Below, piece after piece: positions 48,478 through 56,009 of a DNA stretch of 64,000 bases (position 1 is its first letter; every line of letters begins with the position of its first letter). Origin of the DNA: Undibacterium sp. (GTDB lineage Bacteria; Pseudomonadota; Gammaproteobacteria; Burkholderiales; Burkholderiaceae_D); NCBI GenBank assembly GCA_030645915.1, contig JAUSNO010000004.1:5269-69268 (forward strand), given 5' to 3'. The position numbers and the translations under genes were made by a program. The notes beneath the pieces were generated by a model. The model worked only from the letters and a program-made list of their open reading frames with translations. It was not told the origin of the DNA and did no database searches.

Positions 48478-50796
48478 CTAGGCAGAATCGGCCTGCAATG
48501 CTTCGGCGTCGTTCAGGAGAGATTGTACGGCGCGATCAAATGCAGGGGCAGATTCGACAGTCCTGATTGATCCCTCGCGCAAACTCTTGATCAAAGATTG
48601 GTCTGAGTACACCACGGGTTTCGTGCTGTTTTCCAGCATGAAAATATACAGAATTTTTTTCTTGCTGATCCAGTTCAGTCTGGCGGATCTGAATTCTCCA
48701 TCAGACCAGCGTTCAACACAGATGCCCAATATCATCTGATCCAGCCAGTCTGCGTCGGTGTCAAATTCGGGCATGCCTTCCGTACCCAGATCCAGGCTGG
48801 CAGTCACTCCTCGGTCGGCCAAGGCCGCAGTAATGGTTGCCGCTTCCACTTTGATCGATGCCGAGGCAAGTTGTTCATCATGGGTAATATCAGTGGCATC
48901 GCCTGACTTGGTGTCCGGGGTGACATGAAGCGGTGAGAAATGCTGACGCAATGCCTCCAGCGACAGGAGGTTTTGCGATTTATTCGATGTCTGGCCGCGC
49001 AAGACATCCATGTGCATGACGACAAATTGGTCCAGCGCCTGCCTCGATTCTGCCGCCGGTATCTGCACCGAGTTCAAGCCTGCCTTGAGCCAGGTCACCA
49101 GGTCTGGCAACTGGCGCATTAACGCGCTTCGTTCGGAAGATTTTTTCCCTTGTATGCTCCATACCAGTTCAGGCAACAGTTTTTTGAAGCGCGCGTGTAC
49201 CCTCAAATTGTGATCTGCCGCTTCCCTGTTGATCACGCGCATCCATGTATGCGTGAAGAAGTCATGCGCGCGCTGATCCAGCATCAGGGGATCCAACAAC
49301 TGCTGCAGCGGAATGCCGGGTTTGCTTTTCGATGCGCTGCCTTGTTCTGCCGCTTCCAGCGCATCGACGCTCAGGGCAAACCTGGCATCGGTATTGCGCA
49401 GGTTTTCTGACAGGAACAGTTCCAGCTCGGCGAGACAAACCGCAAAAAGGCTGACATCATTATCAAATTCGAGCAGAATTTTTTTGACGATACCTGTCAT
49501 TTGTTCCGACAATTTAAGACCAAGCGGCGTCGCCAGATCCAAGCCAATAGTGGATGAGCTCATGCGGTTAAGCAGCACGCGCGCCGGGTGTTCGGCACTA
49601 TGCAGCATTTCTGGTGCCAGCATCGCCGCTTTTAAAAAGGGAATCTGCAGCCTTGCCAATTGCCCACGCACTACTGCGGGAATCTGTTCGTCTTCCAGGA
49701 TGAACTCAAACAGCATCGACACGATGTCTATGGTCGTGCGTTCCCTGGTCGTTGTCTCCCTGCTGTCGATTTGCTCACCGACAGAAAAAAGCTGGTTTTG
49801 TGCAGGCAGGTCTGTTGCATGAAATACATGCGCTTCGGCGGCGATTCTTTGCAGCTGATTTAATTGTGAGAATAACTCCCTCGATCTGGCGACCACCATC
49901 TCACGGGACAGCATCTCGTCAGATGTACCGGCATCGAAATTCGGATCGGCCTGCAACGAAAGGCCAGAAGCAGAATCAAATAGTCCTCTGACAAAATTCT
50001 GCAAGTCATCGGGTTGCTGCGCCCTACCGGATGGCGCTTGCTGCATGTAACCCTGCATGCGCTGCAGGCCAGATAAGACGCGCGGCCTGGACTGCTCGTT
50101 CGTTGCAACATCGGCTTCGGCGTCATCGCCAAAGCGCAATTGCCTGAAAGCGCGCGACGGTCGCGCCGACAATCTGGCGTGCACGCCATTGGCCTCAAAC
50201 ACATCCCGGATGGCTGAATAATATTCCGCCAGGTGCTGTGCCAGTGCAAACGAGAGAAATTCCAGCAGGACGGCAGAAACCGCGCGATCCTCGACCATTT
50301 CATGCAATACCTCATACAGCGTGCGTGCAATCAGGAAAGGTCGAAATGGATTGTCGCTCTCTTTGACATCCTCTTTATTCTGCAATTGCGCGATGATGAT
50401 ATTGATCTTGGTAATGTTCTCATCGTCAGCCTTGCGCACCCGCTGCAACAGGCGATCCACCTCAATTTGCTCATGCACGATTTTTTCATCGATCAAGGTC
50501 AATTCCTGACCCGAGAATTGATTGATGCTCAAACGATCACCGTGACACATCGTGAGCATCGCCGCCTCTAGCGATACAGCAAAGACTTGTTCAAAACGGT
50601 TCAGAAACAGCGCCGCATCCTGCCGTAAAAATAAGCGTGCGGCAGTCAGGTTTTTATCATCCTCATCCGAATGGCTTGCATCCAGGGCGTTGTTAACATT
50701 GTTGATTGCATCCTTGAGCATCGGATGTGCAAGCGCTGTAAAGCGGAAGAGCGCCCGTTCTTTGGCCAGCTGGATAACAGGTTTGATTGTGTGCAT
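48478..50796 (-). CDS. DUF1631 family protein
   Basis: 772-aa soluble protein. The block IDIVSMLFEFILEDEQIPAVVRGQLARLQIPFLKAAMLAPEMLHSAEHPARVLLNRM matches my recollection of the DUF1631 core (RLQIPxLK...HPAR.LLN). Confidence 0.6.
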   Translation of the reverse strand: MHTIKPVIQLAKERALFRFTALAHPMLKDAINNVNNALDASHSDEDDKNLTAARLFLRQDAALFLNRFEQVFAVSLEAAMLTMCHGDRLSINQFSGQELTLIDEKIVHEQIEVDRLLQRVRKADDENITKINIIIAQLQNKEDVKESDNPFRPFLIARTLYEVLHEMVEDRAVSAVLLEFLSFALAQHLAEYYSAIRDVFEANGVHARLSARPSRAFRQLRFGDDAEADVATNEQSRPRVLSGLQRMQGYMQQAPSGRAQQPDDLQNFVRGLFDSASGLSLQADPNFDAGTSDEMLSREMVVARSRELFSQLNQLQRIAAEAHVFHATDLPAQNQLFSVGEQIDSRETTTRERTTIDIVSMLFEFILEDEQIPAVVRGQLARLQIPFLKAAMLAPEMLHSAEHPARVLLNRMSSSTIGLDLATPLGLKLSEQMTGIVKKILLEFDNDVSLFAVCLAELELFLSENLRNTDARFALSVDALEAAEQGSASKSKPGIPLQQLLDPLMLDQRAHDFFTHTWMRVINREAADHNLRVHARFKKLLPELVWSIQGKKSSERSALMRQLPDLVTWLKAGLNSVQIPAAESRQALDQFVVMHMDVLRGQTSNKSQNLLSLEALRQHFSPLHVTPDTKSGDATDITHDEQLASASIKVEAATITAALADRGVTASLDLGTEGMPEFDTDADWLDQMILGICVERWSDGEFRSARLNWISKKKILYIFMLENSTKPVVYSDQSLIKSLREGSIRTVESAPAFDRAVQSLLNDAEALQADSA

Positions 50797-51055
50797 CAGA
50801 AGAGTAGCGGGCGTAGAAGGGGGAACGGATAGGCAATCATAGCGTAATGACCATGATTACGAAAGCGCGATGTGCGCCAAATTTAGCGGGCATCAAGAGC
50901 CACACCTGCTCACGACAAGTCTGGAGTAAAAATACACTACCGCATGCAACGGGTCACGGACCCGGCCTATCGCTCTAAAAATTTCAACGCCGCCGGGCCC
51001 GAGATGCAATTGTCGGTGCACCATCAGCTCATCGGGCGGCGTCAATGTTTGGCAC

Positions 51056-51481
51056 TCATGCCTCCAAACTTGCCTCCATCGTGATTTTCGCCTTTAACAA
51101 TTTTGACACCGGGCAACCTGCTTTTGCCTCGTTCGCGATTTGCTGAAACTTCAGGTTATCGGCTCCCGGTATTTTTGCGCTCACGGTCAGGTGACTAGAG
51201 GTAATTTCGAAGCTATCATCAATTTTTTCCAGAGTCACTTCGGCATGCGTCTCGATTCTCTCCGGGATCAAGCCTGCGTCGCCGAGCATCAGCGAAAGTG
51301 CCATTGAAAAGCAACCGGCGTGCGCGGCGCCAATCAATTCCTCGGGATTCGTACCCTTGCCGTTTTCAAAACGCGCCTTGAATCCATACGGCGCATCCTT
51401 TAGGACACCCGTTTCGGTAGAGATAGTGCCGCCACCGTCCTTGATACCGCCGCTCCATACTGCCCATGCTTTCTTGATCAT
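51056..51481 (-). CDS. osmC: OsmC-family peroxiredoxin
   Basis: MIKKAWAVWSGGIKDGGG..., with HAGCFSMAL and AGCPVS cysteine motifs. AAGGAA lies before the ATG at 51481. Confidence 0.85.
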   Translation of the reverse strand: MIKKAWAVWSGGIKDGGGTISTETGVLKDAPYGFKARFENGKGTNPEELIGAAHAGCFSMALSLMLGDAGLIPERIETHAEVTLEKIDDSFEITSSHLTVSAKIPGADNLKFQQIANEAKAGCPVSKLLKAKITMEASLEA

Positions 51482-51782
51482 AATCGTTCCTTTAATGTTG
51501 TACTGTGGGGAAATTACCGCGATTGTCAAAGTACGGCCTCAAAGAATCAGTCTGACGATGACCTCCATGCGCAGTCGGTCGTCATCGTCAGCTTGGTGCC
51601 CACTGCCGCTTCATAAATATGTGCTGCCGTACCCACAGAACTACCGTATTGGAACTCGCCATCAAAAGACGAGATCCATATCTTACGGTCTGGACATCCG
51701 TGCCTTGAATGTAGACTTGGTGACGTAATATATCTGTACGCTGCCGTACAGATTATGTGGAGAATTTTTTCTATCGAAAGAT

Positions 51783-51980
51783 GGCGAGGAAGCGCAGCAT
51801 CCATGCGCCTTCTGGCATCAAAACAGCCTAGAAGGCGCATGAATGCTGCGTGTTATAAACACGCACCGAATAAATGCCACTATAAGAATTTACTCTGCGT
51901 CATTATCCGTATCGCCTTGATCAACGATTTTACTGCGCTCGGTATCGACGTCGGCCTTGAGTGCATTGGCAGCAGACATG
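51783..51980. repeat. 198-bp direct repeat, copy A (REP-like hairpin + displaced 3' end of the FHA gene)
   Basis: Aligns base-for-base, without gaps, to 53138-53335. Contains a hairpin, CGCAGCATCCATGCGCCTTCT...AGAAGGCGCATGAATGCTGCG. Confidence 0.85.
51890..51979 (-). pseudogene. orphan 3'-terminal fragment (last 29 codons + stop) of the FHA-domain membrane protein gene
   Basis: The minus strand reads MSAANALKADVDTERSKIVDQGDTDNDAE*, versus ...MSAANALKADVDSERSKIVDQGDTDNDAE* at the end of CDS 53245..54225. No upstream coding continuation. Confidence 0.8.
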
Positions 51981-52077
51981 CTTATTTCATGCGCCTCGGC
52001 GAGCAAAAGCAGGCTGTGAGGCGCATCGAATAAGCGTGATTGGAAGGACACCATCTACATTCTGGATTTAACCGACA

Positions 52078-53013
52078 ATGGTGCGCGTTCCCTTCGCACA
52101 ATTTCTGAAATCGGCACAAATGGAGCTAGAATTCTTATTTGTGCTGAAGCGAGTGATCAGGGAGCTGGAAAATAGTGAGGATGAAGAATTGTTATTTCAA
52201 ACACTTATCAAGTCTCTGAAGAGTTTATGGTTTTCCACTCCTCCGCCCAAGGAGGGGAAACATATATCAACCAAGCTGGTTCGAAAACGCTTGGTTGATT
52301 CAATGACGCCAATTCTGAAGGCGGCAGGCTTCGAAGCTTTTGTTCATGGCCGGGCGTATCGCTACCATGAAAAATGGGTGGATGTCGTTGAAATCCAATT
52401 TATAAGAACCTATACAACCACATCGCATTCCCCATCGTTACATATCGGGCGCTATTTTACCTTTGTACCTGAAGATGCAATATCCGGACCTGTGAAGAAA
52501 AAACACAATCGGATTGTGCCTAGTGAATCTGAATGTCATTTTCGGAAAATGGTATACAAGACACTAAAACAAAGAGAGACAAAAATTCCCAATATTTGGT
52601 TCATTGGCACTGACGGAAAATACTTAGAGGAATGTATCAATGAGGTCACCCATATTACGGAGACGCAAATTATTCCTTGGTTCAATTGGCTTGATGATTT
52701 AGATGTGGTGATGCAGCTTCTGCGCTTCGGTGAAGCAGATATGGAAGGAAAAGACAAAAATCCAATTAAGCGAGGCACATGGAACTTTACGAATTACTTT
52801 AGTGGGCATGTTATTGCCGGACTTCTTGCTTGTGAATTAAAACAATGGGATTTGGCGATTGAATTGCTCACTCCAGTTCTGGAATCTGGTGGACTTATGT
52901 CAAGACCTAATGGCCCATTTATTCTGAAATTGCCAGAGGTGTCGATGACTCAACTCCAAACCGTATACGACAATGCAAAACGAGATTCGATAAACCCGAC
53001 TAGATCCGATTAG
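52078..53013 (+). CDS. hypothetical protein on a low-GC insertion
   Basis: A 311-codon ORF is the only long ORF in a visibly AT-rich segment. No recognisable motif and no Shine-Dalgarno. The start is uncertain (52078 or 52120). Confidence 0.5.
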   Translation: MVRVPFAQFLKSAQMELEFLFVLKRVIRELENSEDEELLFQTLIKSLKSLWFSTPPPKEGKHISTKLVRKRLVDSMTPILKAAGFEAFVHGRAYRYHEKWVDVVEIQFIRTYTTTSHSPSLHIGRYFTFVPEDAISGPVKKKHNRIVPSESECHFRKMVYKTLKQRETKIPNIWFIGTDGKYLEECINEVTHITETQIIPWFNWLDDLDVVMQLLRFGEADMEGKDKNPIKRGTWNFTNYFSGHVIAGLLACELKQWDLAIELLTPVLESGGLMSRPNGPFILKLPEVSMTQLQTVYDNAKRDSINPTRSD

Positions 53014-53137
53014 CGTAGCGCAATCAAATGCATGCTTCTGGCTCAGGAATCAAAGAGGCATCATAAAAATGAACACGCTTTTTCCTTGCAGCTCACAGCC
53101 TGTTTTGCTTGCTTAGGATCATGGAATAAGCGTGATT

Positions 53138-53335
53138 GGCGAGAGAGCACAGCATCCATGCGCCTTCTGGCAGCAAAACAGCCCAGAAGGCGCATGGATG
53201 CTGCGTGTCGCAAACAGAATCTGAATAAATGCCGCTATATGGCTTTACTCTGCGTCATTATCCGTATCGCCTTGATCAACGATTTTACTGCGCTCGCTAT
53301 CGACGTCGGCCTTGAGTGCGTTGGCAGCCGACATG
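53138..53335. repeat. 198-bp direct repeat, copy B (REP-like hairpin + authentic 3' end of the FHA gene)
   Basis: Partner of 51783-51980. Preceded by the 16-bp GAATAAGCGTGATTGG (53124-53139), which also occurs at 52028-52043. Confidence 0.85.
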
Positions 53336-54225
53336 AAGTCATCAACACTATGATTTTTACTCAATCTCAGTGAAGGTGAAAATAGATCGGTCATGTAAAA
53401 CTCGTCGGCCAGCTTGCCGCTTCGCTGGTAGTTGGTCATTAGCATCAGACCCGATCCAAGTAGTGACAATATCACCGTCGTTACCACCAGGCCGCGTCCG
53501 TGGCGTGGCTTGATGGTGGCGAGATGAAAATACAGTCCGGCGGCACCGATCATGACGAGGATATGGCTGCCATAGCGGCTCAAGAACTCCCATGAAAAAG
53601 CAAAGCCCAGAATGCTGCTGAGATAGCTCCAGAGTTGCGCGATGAGCATGCCGCTTGCCGCGATGAATACATGCCGGCCAAATCGCGTGTGCCCGCCAAA
53701 CAGGCGGTTGGCAAAGGCCCAGATGCCGCACCAGATTAAGACGGCGGCGAGAACCGGCGCCAACCCCATCAGGTAGCGCACCGCTGCGAATTTTTCGGTA
53801 TCGGTGAGCCAGGTGCCCGACAGGCTGATCAAACACAGCAAGATAAATCCGGCCAGTGCCGGCGGCCATCCTTCCCAGCCATAATTACTGGTATCGAAGG
53901 CTTCTTCGTCAACGACAAAATCGGCACTGCGAATGCGCAAGCTGGTCTGTCCCATGCGTATGACGCTATGCCCGTCTATCGTCACCTCGGTCTGGCGTTT
54001 GCCCTGATGCACCAGACCGTTTTTGCTGCCGAGATCAAGTATCACCAGCTTGCCATCGGCGTTCGCGTCGACCATGGCGTGATGGGCTGCGGTGTGCACA
54101 TCGTCGAGGATGAAATCATTGTCGTAAGCGCGCCCGATCCGGATTGGCAAATCCGTCACCTGATGACGATGCTGCACTTCGCCAGCGCGCGATAAAATTT
54201 CAATAAAATAACCGGATTTCATCAC
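53245..54225 (-). CDS. FHA-domain protein with C-terminal polytopic membrane domain
   Basis: FHA signature (IRIGRAYDNDFILDD...HHAMV...LDLGSKNGLVHQG), followed by about 6 hydrophobic segments and an acidic tail. Confidence 0.8.
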   Translation of the reverse strand: MMKSGYFIEILSRAGEVQHRHQVTDLPIRIGRAYDNDFILDDVHTAAHHAMVDANADGKLVILDLGSKNGLVHQGKRQTEVTIDGHSVIRMGQTSLRIRSADFVVDEEAFDTSNYGWEGWPPALAGFILLCLISLSGTWLTDTEKFAAVRYLMGLAPVLAAVLIWCGIWAFANRLFGGHTRFGRHVFIAASGMLIAQLWSYLSSILGFAFSWEFLSRYGSHILVMIGAAGLYFHLATIKPRHGRGLVVTTVILSLLGSGLMLMTNYQRSGKLADEFYMTDLFSPSLRLSKNHSVDDFMSAANALKADVDSERSKIVDQGDTDNDAE

Positions 54226-55580
54226 TTGCTCCCTTTGGCGATCGAGGCCAGAAACAGGCGCGAGACCCGCATGCCATTTTCATAGGACACGCCTCTGGTA
54301 TCGAGCCGGCTTTGCAGGCTCTTCAGGGCATGATCGGTCGTGGCTGTGAACAGGGCAAAGTCGTAGAGCCCGGCAAATTTACGGTAGGCGCGGACGCATA
54401 TCACGGCACGCATGGACAGACTCTGATTGGCGACAAATTCTTCGGTACATGCCGGGCCGGTCAGGCGCTGGTCTTTGTTACCGCCACGAATTTGATTTTT
54501 AAAATTATTGCTGATCATGTGAGAAAAGCGTAAGGAGTCGAGTTCCTTGCTCTGCGTAAAACGATGTTGAATGGCGACATTACCCGTTTGCAGCTGGCCC
54601 GATACGAAGATTGCCGACTCCATCTGACAATTGATCTGATCTACCGTGTAAGGGCTCTCAGGCTTGGCGTTGGAACGCCCCCAGCAACGCACCTGTTCCG
54701 ATTCTCTTACCGGTACCTGATAGGGTCCCAGCGCCTTTTGCGCCAGCGGGCTCTCCAGCAACTTGTCGATCATGACATTCTGGTGCGCGATCAGTTGTTG
54801 CCCGACCTCGGCATTAAAATCCTTACTGGTTTTCTTTTGCTGGGCCAGCTTCGCGTTGACCTTGTTGAGCAACTCCACAACGAAGCGGGCTGGCACCAGA
54901 AAGCTGACCAGCTCGCCGTCAGTGCGCTTGGCAACATTGACACCGGCAATTTTGCCGTCCACCGTCACATTGGGGCCGCCACTCATGCCGGAATTGATCG
55001 GCCCGGTGAACATGAACTGGTCGTAAAATGCGCGCCCGATAATGCCATTGTAGGCGCCTTCCGAAATCGCAAAACCCAAGTCGAGCGGATTGCCCAGCGA
55101 GTATAGATATTGGCCCTGATTAAGTGGCGCCAGCTGTGCCACCTGTGCCGGCACTTGAAAAAATCCCGTGCCCTTGCGGCTGACGCGCACCACGGCAAGA
55201 TCATGCAGCACATCGACCGCCAGCAATTCGACACTGCCACGCTGGCCATTGGTGTCGACGAACTCGCCGACGTAAATATCGGGTTCAAGCGCGATTTGCG
55301 ACATCACATGGTAATTCGTGACAACCAGATCGCTGCTACCGATCAAAAAACCCGATCCTACCGACGACTGAGTGCGTCCGTTCTTGAGCAGCACCCGCAC
55401 TTGCAGCAGATCATTCTTGGCAGAAGCGTACAGTTTTTGCGCCGCCGATGAAGGTAGCGCCAATGGCAGCGATTCTGCCGGTATCTCCGGCGCGACGGCA
55501 GCGGCAAGGGGCGTGGCAGGATGCGCGATGGCCAAATTACTGGCGCACAGCAACAGTAAGGCGAAGCATTTCAATTTCAT
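54222..55580 (-). CDS. secreted trypsin-like (S1) serine protease with an uncharacterised Cys-containing C-terminal domain
   Basis: Signal peptide MKLKCFALLLLCASNLAIA. Triad contexts VVTNYHVM, HDLAVVRV and INSGMSGGPNV. About 200 aa of C-terminal extension. Its stop overlaps the FHA gene start (54222-54225). Confidence 0.85.
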   Translation of the reverse strand: MKLKCFALLLLCASNLAIAHPATPLAAAVAPEIPAESLPLALPSSAAQKLYASAKNDLLQVRVLLKNGRTQSSVGSGFLIGSSDLVVTNYHVMSQIALEPDIYVGEFVDTNGQRGSVELLAVDVLHDLAVVRVSRKGTGFFQVPAQVAQLAPLNQGQYLYSLGNPLDLGFAISEGAYNGIIGRAFYDQFMFTGPINSGMSGGPNVTVDGKIAGVNVAKRTDGELVSFLVPARFVVELLNKVNAKLAQQKKTSKDFNAEVGQQLIAHQNVMIDKLLESPLAQKALGPYQVPVRESEQVRCWGRSNAKPESPYTVDQINCQMESAIFVSGQLQTGNVAIQHRFTQSKELDSLRFSHMISNNFKNQIRGGNKDQRLTGPACTEEFVANQSLSMRAVICVRAYRKFAGLYDFALFTATTDHALKSLQSRLDTRGVSYENGMRVSRLFLASIAKGSK

Positions 55581-55650
55581 TCAATTCTCTCAAAAACAAG
55601 GCACGAAGCTGCACGCTTTTGTCAGTCATGGTGCTAAAGACCGGCAAGGC

Positions 55651-55832
55651 TTAAACCCAGGTTTTCCATTAGGCGCACCTGCGGTGCTATTGGCGTGCTG
55701 ACGGCGCATTTTCGGCTACTTTTGCTGCTCTTCGTTGCCAATAGCTCGCTATTGGCGCCTCATTCGCATCAAAACTATCTCGAAAAGTGCATCCGTCATC
55801 AGCGCAAATCCTAATGGAAAATCTGGCTTAAA
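55651..55832. mobile_element. 182-bp MITE-like fold-back element (family C, inverted relative to 28538-28719)
   Basis: TTAAACCCAGGTTTTCCATTAGG ... CCTAATGGAAAATCTGGCTTAA. Central GCCAATAGCTCGCTATTGGC hairpin. Confidence 0.7.
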
Positions 55833-56009
55833 GCATAAACGATATTCACAAAATCTTGTATATTTACAATATGTTGCTTCTTAGTCATTTCAAAAAAGAA
55901 ATTATTTGCCAATAATAACTTGCCATAATTATATGGGCATGGACATGGAAGCAAATGCTGCGCTTCCTCTTTTCCGCTCTTCCCTTTGATGTACTGTTAA
56001 GGATACAAG

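Noticed and set aside
51547-51840. 97-aa minus-strand ORF between osmC and the insertion.
   Set aside because: Its 5' third is translated from the REP-like hairpin. The ORF has no Shine-Dalgarno and no recognisable motif. It may be a decayed gene remnant, but I cannot support a call.
51783-53335. Looked for an integrase, transposase or recombinase gene, or inverted terminal repeats, that would define the insertion as an autonomous mobile element.
   Set aside because: There is only one motif-less ORF. The boundaries are direct repeats, not inverted ones. The region is reported as an insertion scar, not as an IS or transposon.
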